Source of the DNA: Eledone cirrhosa
Lineage: Eukaryota
DNA length: 64,000 nucleotides
Assembly: GCA_964016885.1 (NCBI GenBank)
Contig: OZ024740.1
Location: 156,612,001-156,676,000, forward strand
Direction: 5' to 3'
In this document: piece after piece, positions 1-11,651 of the stretch
Layout: each line of letters begins with the position of its first letter
How positions within the stretch are numbered: position 1 is the stretch's first letter
The notes under the pieces: model-generated
The model's database searches: none
The model's input: only the letters and a program-made list of their open reading frames with translations
Told to the model about the DNA's origin: nothing
Translations under genes and position numbers: made by a program

Positions 1-14
1 AGAAAAATAAATAA

Positions 15-16
<2 letters not shown>

Positions 17-82
<66 letters not shown>
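17..82. repeat. (TA)n microsatellite; similar tracts near 3531, 5092, 34278, 35904, 37418, 45046, 50110, 50475, 53010, 54932 and 61822
   Basis: Dinucleotide runs seen directly. They produce the spurious YIYIYI ORFs. Confidence 0.98.
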
Positions 83-86
<4 letters not shown>

Positions 87-444
87 AATTAATATCTAGT
101 AACATATATATACATACAGATGCATATCAATGCTAGCAAATATATAGGTTTTGTCTTAGTAACTTTGTGGTTCAATGCATGGTTTGCAGAACAATAATAT
201 GAGAGACGTAAAATAAGAAAATTATAAAATTAACTTACTTACTAAAATTTCACTCCCAACTAATTAGTTTCTGAAATGGAATAAATATACTTTCCGAAGA
301 AAATATTGAGAAGCATTTCGTCGTCAGGGAAGACTATTCTCGGCTAAGTATCCAGGCAAAGCGTGGACTCTGGAAACTTATACAAAAATAATTCATTACG
401 TCTCTCATATTATTGTTCTGCAACCCCATGCATTGAACCAACCG

Positions 445-3400
445 TTCCAAACGGAATAATATCTCACGGGGCGAACTCCTCGCTCTCCGCTCCCTCCGTA
501 GCCGAGATGACATCGTCATCAAACCGGCGGACAAGGGAGGCGCCGTGGTGGTGTGGCGCGCGGACCTCTACACGGCCGAAGCCATCAGGCAGCTCTGTAA
601 ACCCTCTTCTACCGCCCTCTACCCTCCGATCCCACACCAATCTACCAACAACAAGTTTCCTCCACCATTCAACACCTTGTCTCCTCCTCCCCCACCGCTT
701 CCCACCTCATCGTCCTCACCCCCGCACCCCCACCATCTACTTCCTCCCCAAACTCCACAAACCCGACAACCCCGGCCGCCCCATCGTCTCCGCTTGCAAC
801 TGCCCCACCGAACTCATCTCCGCCTTTCTCGACTCCATCCTCGCCCCCCTTGTCACCACCCTCCCCTCCCACATCTCAGACACCAACGACGCCCTGCGCC
901 TTTTCGACTCCTTCACCTATCCACCCGGCCCCACGCCCGAACTGTACGGTCGTTACATCGACGACTGTATCGGAGCCACGACCCTCACCCGAGAACAGCT
1001 CGACACCTTTCTCTCCTTCTTCTGCTCCTTCCACCCCTCCCTCCACTTCACCACCTCTATCTCCACCACCCACGTCCACTTCTTAGACATCTCCGTCGCT
1101 TTCGACCCCTCCCACCACTCCCTCGTCACCTCGGCCTTCTTCAAACCCACCGACTCCCACTCTTACCTCGACTTCACCTCTTCCCACCCCACACACACTA
1201 AACACTCTATTCCCTACTCCCAACTCCTCAGGATCCGCCGCCTCTGTAGCCGAGATGCTGACTTCGAGTCCCAGGCCCTTTCCCTAGTCAGCCATTTCAT
1301 CCGCAGAGGTTACCCCCCTCTCTCGTCCACACCGCTCTCACCCGCGCCCGTGCTGTCCACCGCTCCACCACCCTCACCCCACGCCACCGCACACCCACCC
1401 ACCGTCTCCCCTTCCCCATCACCTACCACCCCTCCACCGCACCATCCGCCGCCTCTTCCGACGCCTCCAGTCCGACCCCTCCCCCTCCCACATCTTCCCA
1501 ACCCCACCACTCCCCTCCTTCAAACGCGCACGCAATCTCCGCACCCTCCTCGTCCACAGCTCCCTACCCCCCAACCCACGCTCTTTTTCCCCCCACGGTT
1601 CCTTTCCCTGTTCTAGGCCCCGCTGCAACACCTGTTCCCACATCACCAACACCACCACCTTCCAGGATCTCAACGGCTACTCTCTCTCTGTCCGGCATGC
1701 CTTCCGCTGCACCTCCTCCAACCTAGTCTACGGACTTCGCTGCACGGAGTGCAGCGCGACTTACGTCGGACAGACGGGACGTCGCCTGGCGGACCGATTC
1801 ACTGAGCACCTACGGGATATTCGTCTCGGTGGTAGTTCCCCCATCGCCCGCCACTTTGGTGCCCCTGGACATTCCGCACGCCATCTCACAGTCTGTGACC
1901 TACTCCAATGCCACGGAACACCAAACAATCTCCTCAGAGTTGAACAAAGAACCATCTTCATCTTACAAACCCACAATCCCCCCGGCCTGAACTCCCCACC
2001 CTTATTCCTTTAGCCTTCGACCGCCCCCTCCCCCACACATATCCCCCACTAACACCACTAACACACCCCTCCTTTTCACCGCCCACCCCACAACTAACAA
2101 TACTAACACCTCCACTCCACCCCTCATCCGACCACCCTTCCCCAACTAACATACTAACATCCCTCCCTTCTCCCCCCTCCTTATCACACGCACACACCCA
2201 CCGGCACATATATACACGCGCTCACACTAAACACACACCCTACTACCACCACTAACCCTCACCACCACACATCCATCCGACCACCCCGCAACTAACATCA
2301 CTAACACCCCCTGACCCCCAAGCACACGAACACACGCACCCACTTAAACCACCCACCCACACGCAACTAACATCACTAACACCCCCCAACCCCACGCACA
2401 CGTACCCACACACCCCCGTACACCACCAACTCTACACACCCTACCACCACTAACCCCCACTCACACCTGCATTCAACCCTTTCTCCACCTCCCGTATACT
2501 AACACCCACTAACACCCCCTTCATCAAACTACACACACACCAGTACACCACACTCCCTCCATCGACCCCCACACCCTTCTCTCCCCGCTCCACCCACACC
2601 CTTTCTCCACACTCACTCATCCCACTAACACCTCTACTAATACACACACACACCCTCCTCACTCCAACTTTCACACCTACCCATCCTCGCCTCTTTACCA
2701 TTCCACCCGACTGCTGCTATGCCCTCTGACCACCTCCCAACACACACAGACACACATCACTCCTACCGCCTTGACCACTTCCTGTTGCGCACGCACCTCA
2801 CATCTCTCCTCTTCCGACCATCTCTCCATGGATTACTCGTATGTGGAGCTTGACCGCGGAATCAACTACCATCCTAGGAGTTTACCAACCTTTCAACCAC
2901 ATCTTCTTAAGAATCACCTTTATAACTCACCCACACACACACCCCAACATTTTTTTCCCACACGCCACCTACACCCACAACACGCTTAAACCCCACACAC
3001 ACGTGCTTTCCACCACATATTTACACCTTCAGCCTCCGGATTCCTCTATCCACACACACACACACTCCGACTTACACCCCACCCCACACACACCTCTTCC
3101 TGAACATGCAACCCCGTTCTTCCCCCAACCCTTGCTTTCACATACACACACACGTACACCTACACACACACACCACCTTTAGCCCTCCCCGGTCGGACAC
3201 CCCGTCTCCCTCTCCCCACTCCAACCGCCACCCCCCCACACACCCCACACCATTCCACCACCTGTTTTACCCCATTTTAATTTTATTTTATTTTGATCAT
3301 GCTTTTATTTTTAATTTCATTCGCACCGTTTCCTCCCACCCCCTTTTCGCTATATGTCTCTCCACCACTCCCCTACACACCCTTTGAACTCTCTTCCCAC

Positions 3401-3528
3401 ACACTTTTCACCTGAAGAAGGGCTTATGCCCGAAACGTCGTTCCCCATCACCACCCCACTCTCCAGAGCGTGAAATTAATAAACATTCGTTGTACTGCCT
3501 CTCTGTTTTGTTCCTGTTCAAATTTTCC

Positions 3529-3530
<2 letters not shown>
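445..3530 (+). mobile_element. Penelope-like retroelement (RT + Cys-linker GIY-YIG, Neptune-like), internally deleted and frameshifted, with a long C-rich 3' region
   Basis: IVIKPADKGGAVVVW (~510-556); YFLPKLHKPDNPGRPIVS, YGRYIDD, HFLDI, KPTDSHSYL and SIPYSQLLRIRRLCS in ORF 363-1616; PCSRPRCNTC and FRCTSSNLVYGLRCTECSATYVGQTGRRLADRFTEH at ~1605-1810. RT motifs A/B are missing near 925. Confidence 0.92.
3405..3445 (+). ncRNA. Minimal type I hammerhead ribozyme motif at the PLE 3' end
   Basis: CTGAAGA-A-GGGC(TTAT)GCCC-GAAA-CG-TC. Helix III is palindromic (ACGT); helix I is weak. Confidence 0.75.
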
Positions 3531-3582
<52 letters not shown>

Positions 3583-3849
3583 GCGATGGAATATCAATGA
3601 TGGTTGGCTAATCACTGACGAAGGACTATTTTTATCATATGTAACCCATGTGCAACCACGCAGTATTCTTCTTTCTTCTCATGTTTTTATATATATATAT
3701 ATATGTATATATATATAGTATTTACGTACGAGAGAGAGAGAAAAAATGGAGGGATAGGTGATACATATAGTTATTTGCCAAGTAGCGTATGCCAAAGGTG
3801 CTCGATACTAGTGCCGGCAGTATTAAATATTCGAAGTGTTAATATTTAG

Positions 3850-5088
3850 TGGGCTAGAAGTGTGGCCTCCAACATACCCCGGATATTCTTCGAAGCCTTA
3901 GAGAAGAACTTCCCACCCAACCATAGGTATAGAAAAATTCTTAATAGGAACAATATAAAAATATCCTTCTCTACTACTCCTAACCTAGCAGACATCATAG
4001 GAACAACGAACCACAGTAAGATCACCAAGACACAGCACCTCGACGCAGACGCACCTACACCTGACAATAACTGTATCGGCCTTAACAACTCCCTGACAGC
4101 ATCCAATAGTGTTGGCAACGGCATCCGCAGACGCAACCAGAATGACCGCGAAGTGACTGGGGAGCATGCAAAACATGGCGTGCGGAATAACAATCGCACC
4201 ATCCCGCGTGCTGTGGGTTGTAATTGTGCTAACGACAGCTGCGGTAGCACAGCTAACAACGTAGGCAGCAACAATGATAGCCTTATCGTGGGAAATAGAC
4301 GGAACAGCGACAGAAATTGCAACTGCCGCGACAGAGGACGGTGCCCCCTTAGAGGATACTGCTTGACCGATAGGGTTATATATAGATGCACTATTACTAG
4401 CCACAATAGCGTTAAACATTATATAGGGGCCACCTCCGGCCCGTTCAAAATTAGGTTTCGAACACATCTCCACTCTTTCACAAATAGAAAACTAAGGCAC
4501 TCCACCTCGCTCGCGGACTACATCACATCACTAAAGGACTTAAAGATTAGCTTCTCCACGCACTGGGAGATTGTCGACAGGGCTGCACCGTACAACTTCA
4601 AGAGGAAATGCGATCTTTGCCTCATGGAGCTCTACCACATCATAACTGCACCCCACGAGCTCATCAACAGCAGAACTGAAACAGCGATAAGTTGTACACA
4701 TCGCTTAAAAATATCCTTCTTTAGATGGGTTAAGAATGGAGAGTGAAATAACACACTGGGTCTCCCTGCAACAAGTCTTAACACCCCGGCGGGCAGGCGC
4801 AGCAAAACAACACCCAGAAAACGATCCCTGCATACCAAAAATTATCCGGGAAAGACTGCCCTAACACCGGCCAAAGTTACCTCCCTTGACCTGCTGCAAA
4901 ATCAAAACAAGATATTTTTGCGAGCGATGAATCTTGATGTCGATTTAACCCCCAAATCTCTTTCCAAACTATATAAGGAACACTTGTGACTGTTTATGCC
5001 CTTTAGAAGCCCAACTGGGCGAAACGTACGTAGGTGATATTTTCAATAAACATGTTTTAACGGTCTATTCTCCGATTTTTCACTTTCC

Positions 5089-5090
<2 letters not shown>
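3850..5090 (+). mobile_element. 5'-truncated Penelope-like element (RT thumb remnant + GIY-YIG endonuclease, ORF 3862-4746)
   Basis: NFPPNHRYRKILNRNNIKISFS, CNC..CPL..C, VIYRC..HYIGAT..FKIRFRTH, CDLCLME, NSRTE..CTHR. Confidence 0.92.
4996..5040 (+). ncRNA. Degenerate hammerhead motif (core mutated to CTTTAGA)
   Basis: CC-CTTTAGA-A-GCCCA(AC)TGGGC-GAAA-CGTACG-TA-GG at the 3' end of a PLE. Confidence 0.6.
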
Positions 5091-5182
<92 letters not shown>

Positions 5183-6440
5183 TATACACATACACGCGTT
5201 TGTAGGTATGTGTCCTTGTATGCTTGTACGTATGTGTGTGTGTGCGTGTGCGCGCGCGTGTGTGCGTGCGTGTGTGAGCGGATGTACGAGGGCATATAGG
5301 CAGGCGCCTGTGAACGTGTATGTTGGTATATATATAATCGTGGACGTGTGTGGGTGTGTTCGAGAGAGAGAGTGTGTGTATATGTATATGGATGTGTATA
5401 TGTACATATGTGTGTGTACATATGTGTATGCGTAGATATGTATGTGCGCGCGCGTGTGTGTATGTGTATGTGTATATGTGTGTGTGTGTATGTATGGGTA
5501 TATATGTGTGTGTGAGTGGACTTGTAAAATACCAAAGCCAGCATGAGTCCATTGAAGTGTGTTGGACGGAGAGTAGCTGATCGCCAGTATGGCAGCAAAT
5601 ATTGACCACAATTTATGATGACGTAGAAAAACAACAGCCAATACCAAGACAAGAGAAGAAGATGTTTTTTGAAGCTAACACCCCAGTGAGAAAATTTATT
5701 CCGAAGGTATTGCATGTGTCCGACGAACCTGAAATCTAGAATCAGACAGATCCATACAATGATCGTGTCTCGATCTCTCTGCCGGCGAAACAATTGTAAC
5801 ACAATAAACTGAGTCCAGATGCATCACTGATCTTTCGTTATATACATAGATATATATATATAGTAATAATAATAAATGTGTAAATGTGAAAACTAACATC
5901 CGAAGAGGGCTCGATAAGGATAATATATATATATAAATATGTATAAACCTTAGAGCAAATATTTATTAAAATAACAGATTATAGTTTAAGCAAAGAATCC
6001 CTGGAATCTTCTGAAACTAAGTTTCAGTTATTAGGTTTTAAGTTAATTTTAGAGCAATATATCTCAATTCAGAAAAACGTCTATATAGAAGGATCCGTCG
6101 AGAATCGATGAAATTCATGCATAAGAATAACTTCTTATGTTTCTCTCTGTGGAGAAATATTTGAAAGCACTTTGACAGTTAAGGCTTCTTTACTGCCTGA
6201 AGATTACCTAAATCAAGTATAGATATTTATTATCTGTCCAATATATTTTGCCGCTGATAATGATTTTTACGTTGACACAAGGTTACATATGAAATCGAAT
6301 CGCAATATTACTATTACCTAGTTTATTGAAGCTGTACCGATTAGAAGCATATTTAGAATTGCGGGAAATTATTATCCATAAAGGACCGTAACTTGTCTGA
6401 GTTCCGTTAACCTCGGCGGGATTTGAACTCAGACCATAAA

Positions 6441-6670
6441 GCTCTCATACCGCCTAATCTTTGCACTTTTTGCTACAATTGGTTGCTTCAGTTCCTCTAT
6501 GATAATATTTAGCTTTTTCCCCCTAGTTTTGTTCTTTATTTTCAATCTATTTTTAGTGTCTATATTTTGTAATGTCCCATTCAGTAGGGACTCAAGCTTT
6601 CCAATGTCTTTTCTCATTTCCTTGATTTGACCATTAGTCGTTTCTTCCACCAAGGTTCTGATCTTTCTTT
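6441..6670 (-). mobile_element. Inverted fragment of the R4/Dong-like family A N-terminal region
   Basis: ORF 6429-6653 GQIKEMRKDIGKLESLLNGTL..KLNIIIEELKQ..AKSAKIRRYE matches the 11652-15023 protein. Confidence 0.9.
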
Positions 6671-6699
6671 ATTATTGTTAATTTTATTATTACTGTAAA

Positions 6700-6833
6700 T
6701 GATTGTTTCTGCTTTTGGTACAAGGCCAGCAATTACCCCAGTGCATTACTGGTACTTTATTGTATCGACCCCGTAAGGATGAAAGGCAAGGTTAACCTCG
6801 GCGGGATTTGAACTCAGACCATAAAGGACCGTA
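6700..6833 (-). mobile_element. tRNA-derived SINE fragment
   Basis: Reverse complement has the B-box GAGTTCAAATCC followed by GCCTTTCATCCTTACGGGGTCGAT. The same family recurs at 33.4, 47.6, 48.4 and 48.7 kb. Confidence 0.85.
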
Positions 6834-9072
6834 TCACAGTTGAAACTCTTAAAGGGTAGGCCAAAAAACTAACCAACGGGAAATCACCAGGCCCAGATGG
6901 TGTGCACGGGTATTGGATTAAGAATATAACATTCCTCCACCCGAAACTGACAACCATGTTCAATGACTGCTTGATGTCGGGTGAAGTACCAGAGTGGTTG
7001 ACAAAAGGTACCACAGTTCTGGTAATGAAAGATCGAATCAAGGGTAATGATATTACCAACTATAGGCCTATCACATGTCTGTCCGTAATGTGGAAACTGT
7101 TAACAAGCATTGTGTCTGAGGAAATCTACCATCACCACATAAACAACTTGTTACCGGACAAGAAAGGATGCCGAAAGCAGTCCCGTGGTACAAAATACCA
7201 GTTACTTATTGATAAGATGGTAATGAAGAATTTCTCGAGGAGGCACACTGGTCTTGCCATGGGATGGATAGATTACAAAAAGGCATTCGACATGGTACCT
7301 CATTCTTGGATAACTAAAAGCCTAGAGATATTCAATGTGGCAGATAACATCAGACAGTTGTTGAGCAAAAGTATGAAGTCCTGGGAAACAGAGTTAACAT
7401 GAGGTGGAGAATCCTTGGAAGGCGTGAAGATCAAGAGAGGTATCTTCCAGAGAGATAGTTTGTCCCCTCTGCTGTTTGTCCTTGTCCTGATACCCCTGTC
7501 CTTTATATTGCGAAAAGTGAGAGCAGGATACAAGTTGGGAAGAGGAGAGCTTACCAACAACCACCTCCTCTTCATAGACGAAATTAAACTCTTTGGTAAG
7601 AGTGAGAAGGAGTTGGATTTACTTGTTGACACTGTCCGTATTTTTATCAATGATATATATATGGAATTTGGTATTAATAAGTGTGGATTCCTAGTGATGA
7701 AGCGGGGTAAATTGAGCAGAAGCAACGGAATCCAGGTACCAACAGGTGAGATGATAAAGGAAATTGACACTGAAGAGGGTTATAAGTATTTAGGTGTTCT
7801 GGAGGCAGATGATATCAAGAACAAAAACATGAAGGAATTGATAAGATTTGAGTATATAAGGAGAGTAAAGAGCGTATTAAAATCACGTCTAAATAGTAGG
7901 AATGTCATAAGTGCAGTCAATTCTCGAGCTGTGTCTAGTATTAGGTACAGTGCGGGAATTCTGAAATGGAATGTTGCTGAACAAAAAGAAATGGATAGGA
8001 AGACTAGAAAGCTATTGACTATCTACAACATGTTCCACGAGAGGAGTGATGTCGATAGACTCTACTTAAAGAGATCTGAAGGTGGAAGAGGTCTTATCAG
8101 CATAGATGACTGTGTTCAGATGGAGAAAAACAACCTGCACAAATATGTGACTGACAGTAGGGAGCCAATGCTCAAAATTGTACTGAAGGAGAAGACAATA
8201 GACCAGGGGATATCCAAGGAGGAAATAATAACAAGGAGGTAGAGCAACTTTCATGAAAAATCCCTTCAAAGCACCTTCTTTAAGAAAACGGAATTTAGAG
8301 ATCCACAGACATGGAACTGGTTAAAAAAGGAGGCCTTAAAAAGGCTACAGAAGGAATGCTAATGGCTGCGCAGGAGCAAGCCCTTAGAACGAAGTGGGTG
8401 AAACACCATATTAACAAGGAGGAGGCTAGCTCACTGTGTAGGATCTGTGGAGAGAGAGAGGAGACTGTGGCTCACATTGTATCCGAGTGTAAATACATAG
8501 CCCAGACTCACAATAAAGGCTGGAGACAGGGTGATCCACTGGCATCTATGCAAAGTAAACAATTTACCACATTCTGAGAAGTGGTACGAGCATAAGCCAG
8601 AGTCAGTGATAGAAAACGAGAAGGTGAAGGTGCTATGGGATTTTAGGATACAGACGGACAAGAAATTAGAACAGAATAGACCTGACCTGGTGGTTTTGGA
8701 CAAGGAAAAGAGATCATGCCTGATTGTAGATGTAGCCTGCCCATTTGACACGAAAGTGTAAGAAAAGGAGAGGGAGGAAATTAACCGATACCAGGATTTA
8801 AAGTGGGAGATAAAAAGGATTTGGAACTGCCATGAAATCAAGGTCGTCCCGATTGTCATAGGCGCACTAAGTACTACCTCAAAGAGTTTCCAATGATGAT
8901 TAAAGAAGATTAGTCCATCACCGCTTCTTGGAACACTTCAAAAGGCATGCTTTCTGGGCACAGCAAGAACCCTCCGATACGTCCTGAATGTCTGAGGCTG
9001 CAGGTAGCGGCTTGATATTCATTTCAACAAACTTTCCAGTTAAATAACATCAATGACTGAGACTCAAAGAAC

Positions 9073-9105
<33 letters not shown>
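6833..9105 (+). mobile_element. R4/Dong-like RLE non-LTR retrotransposon, family A, 5'-truncated and decayed, with (AAT)n tail
   Basis: ORF pieces 6902-7402, 7415-8242, 8311-8577 and 8531-8761: NYRPITCL, WIDYKKAFD, IFQRDSLSP, CRIC..H..C, NRPDL. Contains stops and frameshifts. Confidence 0.93.
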
Positions 9106-9106
<1 letters not shown>

Positions 9107-10595
9107 GTGAGAAGGAGTTGGATGTGCTTGTTCACACTGTCCGTATTTTCAGCAGTGATATATGTATGCAGTTTGGTATTGGTAAATGTGGAGTCATTGT
9201 GATGAAGAGGGGTAGGTTGAGCAGAAGTAACGGGATCCAGATACCAACAGGTGAGATGATAAAGGAAATTGACTCTGAGGAAGGATACAAGTATTTGGGC
9301 GTTCTGGAGGCTGATGGCATAAAGAACAAAAAAATGAAGGAATTGTTAAGAACTGAATACATTCGAAGAGTAAGGAGCGTATTGAAGTCACATCTGAACA
9401 GCAGAAATGCCATAAGCGCAGTAAATTCCCGAGCTGTGTCTATTATTAGGTACAGTGCGGGAATTCTGAGATGGAATGTTGCTGAACAAAAAGAAATGGA
9501 TAGGAAGACTAGGAAGCTATTGACTATCTACAACATGTTCCACAGGAGGAGTGATGTCGATAGACTCTACCTAAGGAGATCTGAGGGTGGAAGAGGTCTT
9601 ATCAGCATAGAGGACTGTGTTCAGATGGAGAAAAACAACCTATACAAATACGTGACCTATAGTAAGGAGCCAATGCTCAGAACTGTACTGAAGGAGGGGA
9701 CAGTAGGCCAGGGGATGTCCAAGGAGGAAATAACATCAAGGAGAAAGAGCAGCCTTAAGGGAAAATCCCTTCATAGTACCTTCTTTGAGAAAACTGAATT
9801 TAGAGATCCACAGACATGGAACTGGTTGAGAAGAGGAGACCTCAAAAAGGCTACAGAAGGAATGCTAATGGCTGCGCAGGAGCAGGCCCTCAAAACGAAG
9901 TGGTTGAAGCACCATATCTACAAGGAGGAGGCTAGCCCACTGTGCAGGATCTGTGGAGAGAGAGAGGAGACTGTGGCTCACATTGTGTCCGAGTGTAAAC
10001 ACCTAGTCCAGACCCACTATAAGGGCTGGAGACACGATGTGATGGGCAGGGTGATCCACTGGCACCTGTGCAAAGTAAACAATCTACCACATTCTGAGAA
10101 ATGGTATGAGCATAGGCCAGAGGCGGTGATGGAGAACAGTCAGGTGAAGGTGCTGTGGGATTTTAGGATACAGACGGACAAGAAACTGGAACACAATAGA
10201 CCTGACCTGGTGGTTGTGGACAAAGAAAAAAGATCGTGCCTGATTGTGGATGTGGCCTGCCCGTTCGACACGAGAGTGCAAGAGAAGGAGAGGGAGAAAA
10301 TTAACCGATACCAGGACCTAAAGTGGGAGGTGAAAAGGATCTGGAACTGCCATGAAGTCAAAGTGATCCCGATTGTCATAGGCGCACTGGGGACTATCTC
10401 CAAAGGTTTCCAGGGATGGTTAAAGAAAATCGGCCCCTTCACGCTTTTTGGAACGCTTCAAAAGGTATGCTTGCTTGGAACAGCAAGAACCCTCCGATAC
10501 GTCCTGAATATCTGAGGCTGCAGGTAGTGGCTTGATATTCAATCCAACGGACTTTCCAGTTAACCAACATCAATGACTGAGATTCAAGGAATAAC

Positions 10596-10629
<34 letters not shown>
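9106..10629 (+). mobile_element. R4/Dong-like family A, 5'-truncated copy (RT C-terminus, zinc finger, RLE; ORF 9118-10515) with (AAT)n tail
   Basis: Nearly identical to 13614-15132. Starts directly in the (AAT)n tail of the previous copy. Confidence 0.95.
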
Positions 10630-10640
<11 letters not shown>

Positions 10641-10655
10641 AAAAAAGAAACCCCA

Positions 10656-10756
10656 AAAACGTAAAGAAAATATATTGTTATAAGGCTCAAAACGTAAAGA
10701 AAATATATTGTTATAAGGCTCAAAACGTACAGAAAATATATTGTTATAAGGCTCAA
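10656..10756. repeat. 33-bp tandem repeat, 3 copies
   Basis: Unit AAAACGTAAAGAAAATATATTGTTATAAGGCTC. Confidence 0.9.
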
Positions 10757-11651
10757 ATATTCAAATATTCAACTTTGTATTGTACACTGTATATCCAAAA
10801 AAAAAAAATGGCTATAAATGGAAGAAGAACCCCTCCCCTCCTCTCCTCTGGCTACACTATATAGGACAGCTAAACTCACCAACACCAGAAACTAGATACA
10901 CCACCCACCCCATCATCTGTGTACACTGAACACAACAGCCAGATAACGACACATTTTCACCTTCACCGCCACCGCTCACTACGGCCATCATTACCACCAC
11001 TATCCCATCACCGCCGCCACCACCCCTTGACTCCGCTACAGCACCATCACTACAGTAATACGGTCACATCACCGCCACCACTGCCTCGGTATCGACATCA
11101 CCACCACCACTGTCTCAGTATCGCTAGCGCCGCCAGTCTCCCACTTCCCTGCTGGCTACTACTTCCACATTATAGAATTCCTACTACTAACAAAGAGGAA
11201 GGCATCAAAATATATAGATAGACCCAAAAGAAAAAAGAAAAAACAAACAACAAAACCAAAGCAGCACAGCAACAACAGCAAAAAACGAGAAAAACAAACA
11301 GAGAAAAACAAAAACAAAAAAAAGAAACCCCAAAAACGTAAAGAAAATAAGAATGAAGAGAGAAGCAGGCGGACGGACAGAGAAGAGGGGGGAAAAAGTA
11401 AAACTTAAAAAACTAAAACTAAGTCAGACATTCGAACACTACATTACAATGAAACTTATGCTTATTAATTTCTGGGGCCCTTTCTGCCTGTGTGTTTGTT
11501 TGTTTATGTGTGTTCGTATACAGCGTGGTGATAATGCCACACAAGGGCCAAGTGGGATGGCGGATCCACAGATGGCTATGTAAACATACATTCGCCAATC
11601 CTCGATAAGAGTGTTTAAATATCGAACATAAACAGTTCGAATAACGGTGAA

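Noticed and set aside
3610-3640. Isolated CTGACGA; also CTGATGA at ~36525, ~49823 (-) and ~58300, and CCGAAGA at ~5900/35987
   Set aside because: Core incomplete or helices unpaired. At most decayed remnants.
5043-5802. Overlapping ORFs of up to 240 aa
   Set aside because: Translations of (TA)n and (TG)n microsatellites. The same applies near 45000, 50000 and 61800.
10656-10756. 33-bp repeats as a CRISPR array
   Set aside because: No spacers, no cas genes, and a eukaryotic context.
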